From Candidatus Latescibacterota bacterium (lineage in GTDB: Bacteria; Latescibacterota; UBA2968; UBA8231), in assembly GCA_965203175.1 (NCBI GenBank), contig OZ241867.1:3776001-3840000 (forward strand): 64,000 nt of DNA. Direction: 5' to 3'. A program made the position numbers and the translations under genes. Positions within the stretch are counted from its first letter, which is position 1. Each line of letters starts with the position of its first letter. Under the pieces are notes generated by a model. The model was given only the letters and a program-made list of their open reading frames with translations. It had not been told where the DNA came from and ran no database searches. This document shows positions 9,792-18,722 of the stretch, in pieces.

Positions 9792-9824
9792 GGGCGATCC
9801 ACCGGTAAAAGAGGAGTTGTTCCC

Positions 9825-11240
9825 ATGAGTGAGGAGCGGCGTTATCCCGCGCTCAGCGAGGACATGCAGGCGCGCGGTTTGGGGGCCATGCTGCGCATTT
9901 TTGGCCCGGGTGCTATCATCGCCTCGGTGACGATTGGCAGCGGCGAGACGGTCTTTGCCTCGCGGGGCGGCGCAGTGTTTGGCTACGCCCTGTTGTGGTG
10001 CTTTATCGGCGGCGGCTTGATGAAGTTCGTCCAAGTCTATACAGCGGCGCGCTACATGACCCTGACGGGGGAACATCCGCTCGAACGCTGGAAGTTTTTG
10101 CCTGGGCCACAGGGTTGGGTGGTATGGGTTATGGCGGTGCTGACCGTGCTTTGCTTCCCGCTGTGGCTGTCGGGTTTGCCCAAGATGCTAGGCGGGCTGA
10201 CGGTGTGGATCTTGGGCTGTGAGGGGTTGGCGATATGGGGCGATCCCCGCGTGTGGGGCACGGCCTTTGTCGCCTTGGCCATTGCCATTACTATGGTCCA
10301 GAGCTATGGCGCGTTGGAGAAATTTCAGACGGTGGTCGTCGGCGTCTTGCTGCTGTCGATCCTGACGGCTGCGGCGGCTGCGAAGCCCGACTGGCTGGCG
10401 GTGCTGATAGGCTCTATCGTGCCGACCATGCCTGCGTATGATCCCTGGCTGATTAGCAAGTATCCGGCGGTGGCGGCGCGCTCGGCTTGGGTGGAGTTGG
10501 GCACCTACTTAGGTGCGATCGGTGGCGGCACGCAGGACTACTTTGGCTACATCGGCATGTTGCGAGAGAAGGCTTGGGGCCTGTTAGGCCGCAAAGTGGA
10601 GGCTGGCGAGGAAGGTGTGGCCATCGCAGCCGATGATGAAAATATCGCCCGAGGTAGAGCTTGGCTGCGGGGGCCATTGGTGGACTCCGGGGTGTCTTTT
10701 ACCTGCGTGGTGATTTTTACCATGGCCTTTGTAGTGCTCGGTGCGGCCGTGCTCCGCCCCCAGCACATCGTGCCAGAGGGGATGCAGCTACTGTCGGTGC
10801 AGGCCGATTTCCTCACGCTTCTGCATCCAGCCTTGGTCTATTTGTACCAGTTGGGCGTGTTTACTGCGTTTTTTGGCACCATTATGGCTGCGTACGAGCT
10901 CTATACGCGCACCACCCACGAGTGCTTGCGGCCCATCGTCCAGCGGGTGCGCGAGGTGCCCGTGGGGCGGCTGCGACCGTGGGTGGTGGGATACTGCGGT
11001 ATTGGCGGCGTCGCCATTATGTGGATGGGCGGCAACCCGGTGTCGATTGTGACGCCAGCGGCTATTTTCGGTGGGGTGCTCACTTGCGGTCTGTGGTGCT
11101 TGCTGATGGTGTGGACCGACCATCGCTTCTTGCCAGCACCGCTGCGCATGGGGTGGCCGTTGCGGGTGATCAACTTGATCAGCGGTGTCTTCCTCACGGG
11201 CTGGGGCCTGCGCGGTGCTTTTGACTTCTTCGCGGGATGA
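9825..11240 (+). CDS. Nramp-superfamily (YcsG-like) secondary transporter
   Basis: FGPGAIIASVTIGSGE and GYALLW, ARY..TGE motifs; about 11 hydrophobic segments. Confidence 0.75.
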   Translation: MSEERRYPALSEDMQARGLGAMLRIFGPGAIIASVTIGSGETVFASRGGAVFGYALLWCFIGGGLMKFVQVYTAARYMTLTGEHPLERWKFLPGPQGWVVWVMAVLTVLCFPLWLSGLPKMLGGLTVWILGCEGLAIWGDPRVWGTAFVALAIAITMVQSYGALEKFQTVVVGVLLLSILTAAAAAKPDWLAVLIGSIVPTMPAYDPWLISKYPAVAARSAWVELGTYLGAIGGGTQDYFGYIGMLREKAWGLLGRKVEAGEEGVAIAADDENIARGRAWLRGPLVDSGVSFTCVVIFTMAFVVLGAAVLRPQHIVPEGMQLLSVQADFLTLLHPALVYLYQLGVFTAFFGTIMAAYELYTRTTHECLRPIVQRVREVPVGRLRPWVVGYCGIGGVAIMWMGGNPVSIVTPAAIFGGVLTCGLWCLLMVWTDHRFLPAPLRMGWPLRVINLISGVFLTGWGLRGAFDFFAG

Positions 11241-11246
11241 AGCGGT

Positions 11247-12383
11247 TTGCGCGTCTCCGACGACATCTGGGTGCAGGTCGAAGCCGTATTGGACAGAGGC
11301 ACCCGGCTGGCTTTGGCGACCACTGGCGGGGGCAGCGAACTTATTAGCTGGCTCTTGAATCACCCTGGGGCCTCGCGCGCGATCATCGAAGCTCAAGTGC
11401 CCTATAGCGAGCGAGCGCTAGCGGCGTATTTGGCCTTTGCGGGGCCGCATGGGGCAAACGAGCAAACGGCGCGGGATATGGCGGGGCGGGCCTTTGTGCG
11501 GGCTGCTTCCTTTGCCGAGGTGGGGCAAGGCTGCATCGGCGTGGGCTGCAGTGCGGCCTTGGCGACGAGCAGGTTACGGCGCGGCGCGGATCGGGGCTGT
11601 ATCGCGCTGCGTTTGGAGAGTGCCTATCGCTTGTACACTTTGCGTTTTGAGAAGGACGCAGCCGACCGCTTGGAGCAAGAGGAGGTTTTGAGCCGCTTGG
11701 CTTTGGAGGCCATAGTGGAGGCCTGCGGCGGTCCGGTCGCCGGTGCATCGCTGCCGGGCTACGCGCATCTTGTGCGGCGCGAGTTGGCGTTGGACGATCC
11801 GCTGGGTTTGCTGTTTGCGGGGGAGTTGGACGTCGTCGAAATGCGTCCCGATGGGGTGATCGCGCCCGAGGTCGAGCGTGGGCAGCGTCTGTTCTTGTCC
11901 GGGTCCTTCAACCCGCTGCACGAGGGACACGAGCAACTCGTGGCCGCGGCGGGACAGCTAAGTGGCCGGCGGCCGAGTCTGGAACTATCCATCGAAAATG
12001 TCGATAAGCCGCCCCTGCAAAGGAGCGAGGTCGAGCGTCGCTTGGCGCAGATGCGCGGTCGCTTTCCCGTGGTGATGACGCGGTCGCCGACCTTTTTGCA
12101 GAAGGCCTGGCTTTTTGGCGGTTGTCATTTTGCGTTGGGGTATGATACGGCCGTGCGGCTTTTGCAGGGTCAATATTATGACGAGGGAGAGCGGGGCGTG
12201 GCTGCGGCCTTGGAGGAATTTGCCGCTGGGGGCTGTCGCTTTTGGGTTACTGGCCGGGTGGATGGGGATGCGTATCGCACTTTAGAGGATATAGATGTAC
12301 CTGCAGAGTACGCCGATCTTTTCGCGTCGGTGCCCTTTAGGATGGATATCAGTTCTACGGAACTCCGCGCTCGGAAGGCTTAG
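11247..12383 (+). CDS. CinA-C-like domain fused to an HxGH cytidylyltransferase/NMN adenylyltransferase-like domain
   Basis: N-terminal TGGG...PGASR...YS..A (CinA-like); C-terminal [27 protein letters not shown]. Confidence 0.75.
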   Translation: MRVSDDIWVQVEAVLDRGTRLALATTGGGSELISWLLNHPGASRAIIEAQVPYSERALAAYLAFAGPHGANEQTARDMAGRAFVRAASFAEVGQGCIGVGCSAALATSRLRRGADRGCIALRLESAYRLYTLRFEKDAADRLEQEEVLSRLALEAIVEACGGPVAGASLPGYAHLVRRELALDDPLGLLFAGELDVVEMRPDGVIAPEVERGQRLFLSGSFNPLHEGHEQLVAAAGQLSGRRPSLELSIENVDKPPLQRSEVERRLAQMRGRFPVVMTRSPTFLQKAWLFGGCHFALGYDTAVRLLQGQYYDEGERGVAAALEEFAAGGCRFWVTGRVDGDAYRTLEDIDVPAEYADLFASVPFRMDISSTELRARKA

Positions 12384-12387
12384 GACA

Positions 12388-12687
12388 ATGGCTGAAGAAG
12401 AATGGGAAGAGCCTGAAGCGGTGGAAGTGCCCATTGACGGCACGCTGGACTTGCACACCTTCCATCCGCGCGACCTCAAAGAGCTGTTGCCCGACTATTT
12501 GGATGCCTGTCGCCAAGCGGGCATTTTGCAGGTGCGCGTCATCCACGGCAAGGGCACGGGCCAATTGCGGCGCTCGGTCCACGCTATTTTGGGCCGCTTG
12601 CCCGAGGTGGAATCATTCCGCTTGGCTGGGGAAGGTGGTGGCGGTTGGGGGGCGACCTTGGTCTGGTTGGTGCCGCTCGACGTTTGA
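12388..12687 (+). CDS. Smr/MutS2 C-terminal domain protein
   Basis: [24 protein letters not shown]; ATG at 12388. Confidence 0.9.
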   Translation: MAEEEWEEPEAVEVPIDGTLDLHTFHPRDLKELLPDYLDACRQAGILQVRVIHGKGTGQLRRSVHAILGRLPEVESFRLAGEGGGGWGATLVWLVPLDV

Positions 12688-12735
12688 CTATGCTAGGTCC
12701 CAGAAATTTCTTGATTTATGCAATACGCACAGATA

Positions 12736-12780
12736 GATTGTTACAACTACGTTACAATTTGTATAGTTGTTATAAGTATC
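12736..12780. promoter_or_regulatory. AT-rich upstream region of cassette 1 with a GTTACA-N5-GTTACA direct repeat
   Basis: GTTACAA at 12740-12746 and 12751-12757 (11-bp period), GTTATAA at 12769-12775, and an overlapping inverted repeat ACAACTA/TAGTTGT. Confidence 0.45.
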
Positions 12781-12869
12781 ATATTTTAAAAGGGGTTATC
12801 CCCCTCCTTGATATCTATTTAGAAGCGCGCAAAACTGGAATCTCGGCCGCTAAAGGGTTGGTCCTTACC

Positions 12870-14885
12870 ATGGAATATCGTCCTATCGGCCTTCTTTTCA
12901 AGCTACTGCAATCGTTGCAGATAGTCCCTCCTCTGTCAATCCTTCTACTGCTGTCCGTGTGCTCAACCAGCGCACAGGATGTTTTTACGGTTGGCGGCGA
13001 CGAACGTCCTTGGCGCGATTCTGGCACAACTCCCGGGGGCGTGATCGATTTTGTCGAGCAATTGGGAACGATCGAGGACGCCGACGGCGAAAAAGTGTTC
13101 GCCGTTGGGTTGGATTCCCTGCAAAACTGGATTATGCCGCTGCGCTTGCGCTCCGATTTCAACATTTCGCTCGGTGTTCTCGAGCGGGGAGGCTCTATAG
13201 ATATTCCAGGGCTAGATGCCAGCCAGAAAAGTCCAGAGCAACTGGAGGGTATGCTCAATGGCGACCATCGAGTGGCATTTGATCGCAAATTCGTGGCCGG
13301 CCGCATCGTGCGCAACAACGGCGTCACCATTCGCATTGACCTCGGGGCGCGCTTCGGAGTGGACCGGGTCGTGTTCTATCCGAGGATGACAGAGTCGTTT
13401 CCCTTTGGCCACGAATTCATGCGGGGGTATGAGTTGTTCCTCAACGATGGCTTGCCGCAAAACCTCTATGCCAGTGGTCAGCCCATTTTTACCTCGCCGG
13501 TGCAGCGCGACTCAGACAACCGCGAGGCCAGAGTGGACGCACGGATCAATCCCCAATTTGTCCGCTTTCTGCAACTCAAGTCGATTACCACGCTCGGATT
13601 TGAAGTTGACGAGATAGAGGTGTACGGCAGGGGGTTCGTGCCGACAGCCAGCTATGTGTCCAATGTGTTAGATCTGGGCGAGGAGGTGGTTTGGGGGAGC
13701 ATCGATTGGAGCGAAGTGGTCGCGGGGAATAGCGCGGATTCCAAGATAGAAATCCGCGTGCGCAGCGGGCAGGATACGACGCCCGATGTCTTTTTTCGCA
13801 ATGCCAATGTAGGAGGTCGGCAACCCGAATACGTGCCCATCGACAGCGAGGGCAACACGCTGACCAAGGAAGCCTTTGAAAAACTGGCGAAGAACCAGCA
13901 GGGGCCCATCAAATCCGATACGGACAACGGCTGGGTGCAGTGGCAATTGGTCGACAATGGCACCCAGCTAACGGTGCCGGCACCTCGGCGTTATTTCCAG
14001 TTCCGCATCGATTTCACCAACCTGAGCCTGGACGCTAGCCGTGCTGTCGCCGACTTGGGCTTCGAGTTCGCACGGCCCCCGGTTGATCGCATTGTCGCCG
14101 AGGTTGGACCACCGCAGGCCGAGATTGGCAAACAGACGACTTTTACGTACTTCGCCCGCATCACCAATACTACGGGGCGATCGGGATTCACGCGCTTTGA
14201 AATCGAAACCCCGGCCCGCATCGCGGCCCTCCACTCGGTGGAAATCCAAGATGGGTCGGGTAATCGCCTAGATGGAGCTGAGTTCGGCGGGGATCTAGCC
14301 GGTGTGTCTTTGCCCCTGCATGTCGGATCGTTCGCCATTGAGGCGGTGGAGGACGACCACTTTGCCCTAAGCTTGCCTTTGATTAACGCCGATGGTACCC
14401 TGTTGAAGATTGTCTTTGATGCAGCCGTATTCCGCTATGGTACGCGTTTCCAAGGGCGGGCCTTTGCCGATGCCAACGTGCAGGTGCCGCTGCAGACCGA
14501 GGGCGGGGATGCTTCAGCCGAACAGGATACCGACGAGTTGCTGGTGCGGATTCCCGTGGGCTCGCGGGTAGCTGGTCCGCTGGCAATCCAGCCGCGGACC
14601 TTCACCCCCAATGGAGACGGGGCCAATGACGTGGCGGAAATAAGCTACGCGGTTCAGCATTTGCTCGAACCATCGCCGAGCGAAGTAAGTATCTACGACT
14701 TGACGGGTGCCCGCGTGCGGCAGCTCAACTCGGTCGAAGTCCAAAACGGCCGCGTCCAGCTACAGTGGGACGGTCGCGGCGATGACGATCGCTTGGTGCC
14801 GCCGGGAATCTACTTGGCGGTAGTGGAAATTCGCTCCGATCGGAAGACTGACCGGCGGTTCAACAGTGTGTCTGTGGTATACTAG
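12870..14885 (+). CDS. Secreted protein, cassette subclass A: discoidin-like domain plus C-terminal FlgD-Ig/CHU_C-like domain
   Basis: Signal peptide ending STSA-QD; IDLGARFGV.R..FYPR, EIEVYG.GF; C-terminal FTPNGDGAND...WDGR...PGIY...SVVY*. Start moved to ATG 12870. Confidence 0.8.
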   Translation: MEYRPIGLLFKLLQSLQIVPPLSILLLLSVCSTSAQDVFTVGGDERPWRDSGTTPGGVIDFVEQLGTIEDADGEKVFAVGLDSLQNWIMPLRLRSDFNISLGVLERGGSIDIPGLDASQKSPEQLEGMLNGDHRVAFDRKFVAGRIVRNNGVTIRIDLGARFGVDRVVFYPRMTESFPFGHEFMRGYELFLNDGLPQNLYASGQPIFTSPVQRDSDNREARVDARINPQFVRFLQLKSITTLGFEVDEIEVYGRGFVPTASYVSNVLDLGEEVVWGSIDWSEVVAGNSADSKIEIRVRSGQDTTPDVFFRNANVGGRQPEYVPIDSEGNTLTKEAFEKLAKNQQGPIKSDTDNGWVQWQLVDNGTQLTVPAPRRYFQFRIDFTNLSLDASRAVADLGFEFARPPVDRIVAEVGPPQAEIGKQTTFTYFARITNTTGRSGFTRFEIETPARIAALHSVEIQDGSGNRLDGAEFGGDLAGVSLPLHVGSFAIEAVEDDHFALSLPLINADGTLLKIVFDAAVFRYGTRFQGRAFADANVQVPLQTEGGDASAEQDTDELLVRIPVGSRVAGPLAIQPRTFTPNGDGANDVAEISYAVQHLLEPSPSEVSIYDLTGARVRQLNSVEVQNGRVQLQWDGRGDDDRLVPPGIYLAVVEIRSDRKTDRRFNSVSVVY

Positions 14886-14910
14886 GTGCTAGCCAAGTGA
14901 GGAGGGGATT

Positions 14911-17580
14911 TTGAACAAGCGCTATCTGGTTGTGGTAGGTGCTGTTCTCTGCGTGCTAAGCTGGAGTGCGCCGACTCTGGTTGGTGCCCAAGCGTACGAT
15001 TCGCGCATGGGTAGGGTGAAGCAGGGTGGAAAGGTGGATTTTTCCCCGCAGGGACCGGGGGTATTATTCGATGCGCTGGATCCGGCAGTGCGCAAATGGT
15101 ACGTCCCCCAAGAATTGTATCAGGAGTACCAGTGGAGACAGTGGGAATACTCCAACTACGCCCGCGAGCCCTATCAGCGCTATGTCGATACCGCGTTGGA
15201 GGGCGATTTCTTCTACGATTTCTTCGGCAATCTAGTCACCCGAGGCTGGTTGATCTACGATTGGCAGCAAGATCGTCCCCGGCAATTCGGCAGTAGCATT
15301 CTCAAGACCAACCGGTTCAACCAATGGTTCAGCAAAGTAGCCGTCTCCTCGGACCACAAGGGACAATACTACTACAGCATCACGATCGGCGATGAGATCC
15401 GCACTACTTTGACGCCGATGACTTTTTCTAAACCCACATTCAACGGTATTCAGTGGGATTTTGCCGCCGATAAGTACCTGGGCACTCTCCTATTGGCCCG
15501 TCCCAGTCGGCCGGCCGTGGCCACTGATTTGGATATCCCCGATCAGAAGACCAGCGTCACCAACTTGCTGGGTGGGCGGGGCATCGTTCAGGTCGGCGAC
15601 TTCGTCCGGGTCGGGGCGACCTATGTGACCGCCTTCCAAGGCCAGACGCTATTCGACGATTTCACCGGCAACCCTTTTGCCGGCGGGGCTCTGACCACCG
15701 ACCAGAATGCGCTGCCCATATCCCGCATCATTATTCGGCTGTCGGACGACTCGCCCGCAGACGGAGTGGGTGGGGCGGCCCTGTTCGACGATGAAATCAT
15801 CATCGAGGATGTGGACGGCAACACTTTCCGCGGCAGTACCATAGGATTCGAGCCCATACGCGAAGGGGGGTTCCAACGGGTGGGGTTTTTAGCTGCGGAC
15901 GGGGACGAGCGCATTACCCTCACCTACGACTTTACGGACCCTTTGTACACCGGGCCCGATCCTACGACTATTGAAAGAGTATTCTTTGAATTGGTGATCT
16001 CCAACGACTACAAGGTGGAAATCACGTCCGACCGGCAGACCAACCGGGACTCACAGCCCGTCTTCTTGCTGATCGAACGGGCCGATGACAATATCCGCGA
16101 CAACTCCAACCAGCGACTGTTGAAATTCGACTACGGTCTGCCCACGGCCAATACCATCCTTGGCGTTACCTTCGAGGCCAACAAGGTCTGGGGTTTTGAC
16201 TTTTACGGGGAGTACGATTTCAACAAGCAGTACCGCCAGTATCCCAACCTCAATCTAAGGGATCACCGCAAGGCGGTTAACGACGCCCAAGCATGGATGT
16301 TCAACCTGTCCAAGGCATCCTATCCTTGGTTCGCGTTTCTCGAAGGCTATAGCATGGACGCGGACTATTCTACCCGCACCTTCTTAGCTGGTACTCGGGG
16401 ACAGGACGAAATCGATTACGAAGACGAAATATCCTATATCTACGAGTTCGTCGAGGACAACGATGACCAAGACCGCCGGCCGGACTGGAACCGCTATAGT
16501 ATGCTGTCGGACAATGCAGTCTTTCCGGGTTTTGACGAGAACAACGATTTCGTTTCGGATTTCAATCAGAACGATACGGAGGATCGCCAGAACTTCATTC
16601 CCGATTACGAAGAGCCCTTCCTGCGCTATCACGCCGACAGACCCGAATACCTCTTTGGCGTTGACATGAACAACAACGGCTGGATCGATCGCTTTGAAAA
16701 CGACGAAGAACCCGATTATCCCTACGGGCGCGACCACCGTGGCTACAATGTGTACGCGGGAACCCACATCGGGCCCGAGGCTCGGCTAACCGTCGGGCGT
16801 TTGCGCGAAAAACTGCTGGCGGGGGATCGCAAAAACGAATCCACGTACCTGCTCTTCACCTACGAAAGGGATTTTGCCCAGTTGGGCCGTTTGCGGGTGT
16901 TCGACAATTTCAAGTTGGTTGAGGACGACATTCCCAACAACCTGTTCCAGTGGGTGCAGCCGTCTAATTCCCGCGGTACTCAGCAGCGCGTTTTCGATGT
17001 GCTCCCGGCGCGCGACACTTGGGTCAACACTTCCTATGTACAGTTCGATTTCACGCTCGTAGGGAACCTGAATGTAATCAACAAGTTCAAGACTGAAATC
17101 TACAACCAGCGCCGGGAGCAGCGCGACCTGCGCGGCACGGCCAGCTTTGTCGGTCTTATCAACAAGGCCGATTACACTTTCTCCGTGCGAAATATCGAAC
17201 TTGAACCGCGCTTCAAGAGCGAATTTTTGCGCGAGCGCCCCGTTCGCCAGCGCGACCCAGAGCGCCGCGAATTGACCGAGACGCTTTTTCTCATTGCCCG
17301 CATTCCCCTGCTCTCCCATACGCTCGTCGAGTTGGGGCTAGAACTGTCTCATTTTGAGCAGTTCCGCGATGACGACGAGGGAGTGCCGGTCAATCGCGAC
17401 TTGGAGCCAGATTCCTTCAGTCGGATCGTCGCGGTGCAATTTAATAATTCCTCTGATTACTTGGGCTACAGGCTCCATCTGCAGACGGGATTTCGCCTGC
17501 AGAAACTGACGTTTGAAAATCTGCCCCCTAGCACGACCAGCAAGATATTCATGACGGCCTATGCCGGGCTGGAACGCTAG
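14911..17580 (+). CDS. Conserved ~890-aa secreted protein, predicted outer-membrane beta-barrel with Asp/Asn-rich loops
   Basis: GAGGAGG RBS, TTG start, signal peptide; amphipathic beta-strand pattern in the C-terminal third; clear paralog at 53967-56627. Barrel assignment is inferred. Confidence 0.75.
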   Translation: MNKRYLVVVGAVLCVLSWSAPTLVGAQAYDSRMGRVKQGGKVDFSPQGPGVLFDALDPAVRKWYVPQELYQEYQWRQWEYSNYAREPYQRYVDTALEGDFFYDFFGNLVTRGWLIYDWQQDRPRQFGSSILKTNRFNQWFSKVAVSSDHKGQYYYSITIGDEIRTTLTPMTFSKPTFNGIQWDFAADKYLGTLLLARPSRPAVATDLDIPDQKTSVTNLLGGRGIVQVGDFVRVGATYVTAFQGQTLFDDFTGNPFAGGALTTDQNALPISRIIIRLSDDSPADGVGGAALFDDEIIIEDVDGNTFRGSTIGFEPIREGGFQRVGFLAADGDERITLTYDFTDPLYTGPDPTTIERVFFELVISNDYKVEITSDRQTNRDSQPVFLLIERADDNIRDNSNQRLLKFDYGLPTANTILGVTFEANKVWGFDFYGEYDFNKQYRQYPNLNLRDHRKAVNDAQAWMFNLSKASYPWFAFLEGYSMDADYSTRTFLAGTRGQDEIDYEDEISYIYEFVEDNDDQDRRPDWNRYSMLSDNAVFPGFDENNDFVSDFNQNDTEDRQNFIPDYEEPFLRYHADRPEYLFGVDMNNNGWIDRFENDEEPDYPYGRDHRGYNVYAGTHIGPEARLTVGRLREKLLAGDRKNESTYLLFTYERDFAQLGRLRVFDNFKLVEDDIPNNLFQWVQPSNSRGTQQRVFDVLPARDTWVNTSYVQFDFTLVGNLNVINKFKTEIYNQRREQRDLRGTASFVGLINKADYTFSVRNIELEPRFKSEFLRERPVRQRDPERRELTETLFLIARIPLLSHTLVELGLELSHFEQFRDDDEGVPVNRDLEPDSFSRIVAVQFNNSSDYLGYRLHLQTGFRLQKLTFENLPPSTTSKIFMTAYAGLER

Positions 17581-17732
17581 TGGGTTTGATCTTCGCAAAG
17601 TTGAATCAGGTTGGATAACATGGCGACCTGTTAGCAGCGGAAAGGAGGAAAAAAACAGTCGTCATTTCAGCCCCGATTGGGGTAGCAAAAAACACAATGA
17701 CCTCACTAACTAACGGAAAAAGAGGTGTTGCA

Positions 17733-18605
17733 ATGAAGAGGATCAATAAGATAGCAATTGCTTTACTGGTCTCGGCCCTCATGGTCGGCTCGGCTTTTGG
17801 CCACCAAGGGGAGATGAAGTTCATGTTCCAGTTCCCAGATCACCTGACGCCAGTGCTGGACGGCGATATGTCGGACTGGGACATTGTCTCCGATGTATAC
17901 AAGATCAAAGCCGAAACCATGTTCAACCAGTTCGGCGCGCCCATGGATTTGAGCGATTTCAATGCCTCGCTCATTTGGGGCTACAACATCAACGACGGCA
18001 AGGCCTATTTTTCAGCTTGGGTCGCCGACGACTACATCAACAACACCGAGAAGTGGTCGACGACTACAGATTGGGACCACTCCGGCGGCATCTTCCGCGG
18101 CTTCGATCAGGGAGATGATTTCGAGACCCGCTGGGCCAGTGCCCAAGCCCAACGCTACGATTTGGCCGGCCCAATTTTCAGCTCTTCCGGTTACTATACC
18201 CGGATTATTGATGGCTCCAAAGCTTGGGCGGGCCAGTCCCCTTACGTGGAGTGGGCCGGCCAGTTTCTCCGCGGTGACGTCGATACCCAAGAGCCAGCCG
18301 AAATGTTCGGCGAATACTCCATTGTACCCTTTGACGACATCCACCCCGACGGTGCCGACCAGAGCGTTCAACACAGTTGGGTGGAAGGCACAGTTGTTGG
18401 CATAGAGGTCAACTGGGGCGACAAGGATGCCGATCCCGGCTCCTATGACGATGCCTATTGGTCCGGTTTCGGCGGCATAGGTGCCTCTAGGGATGCCGAC
18501 CAGTTCGGCGACTATCTGCTGGCACCCATCGAAGAGGGGTTGCCCGAGGCTAGGGCTACCGGAGTCGAGGCCAGCACTTGGGGCCAGATCAAGTCCACCT
18601 TCTAA
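17733..18605 (+). CDS. Secreted acidic CBM9/DOMON-like protein with a C-terminal TWGxIK motif
   Basis: AGAGGTG RBS; signal peptide ending SAFG; PVLDGDMSDW...W......Y....V.DD pattern typical of CBM9-like domains; ends GVEASTWGQIKSTF*. Confidence 0.7.
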   Translation: MKRINKIAIALLVSALMVGSAFGHQGEMKFMFQFPDHLTPVLDGDMSDWDIVSDVYKIKAETMFNQFGAPMDLSDFNASLIWGYNINDGKAYFSAWVADDYINNTEKWSTTTDWDHSGGIFRGFDQGDDFETRWASAQAQRYDLAGPIFSSSGYYTRIIDGSKAWAGQSPYVEWAGQFLRGDVDTQEPAEMFGEYSIVPFDDIHPDGADQSVQHSWVEGTVVGIEVNWGDKDADPGSYDDAYWSGFGGIGASRDADQFGDYLLAPIEEGLPEARATGVEASTWGQIKSTF

Positions 18606-18653
18606 TAAGGCTGACTTGACTGCCTGTACCATAGACGTTGCAGGATTGTTTCA

Positions 18654-18693
18654 GGCGGGATTTACGGGCGACTGTAAATCCCGCCGTTCTCTT
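18654..18693 (+). terminator. Strong intra-operon stem-loop (partial terminator or mRNA stabiliser)
   Basis: Perfect 12-bp stem GGCGGGATTTAC-8 nt-GTAAATCCCGCC followed by a weak tail, GTTCTCTT. Confidence 0.6.
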
Positions 18694-18722
18694 AGTTGGC
18701 GACCAAGCAAAGGAGGCACTGG

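Noticed and set aside
12645-12869. N-terminal 75 codons of the 746-aa ORF as listed in the track
   Set aside because: They overlap the Smr gene and run through an AT-rich regulatory gap. The signal peptide begins only after the ATG at 12870.
14911-17580. SusC/TonB-dependent receptor of a classical PUL
   Set aside because: No recognisable TonB box, plug motif or terminal Phe, and no SusD-like partner.
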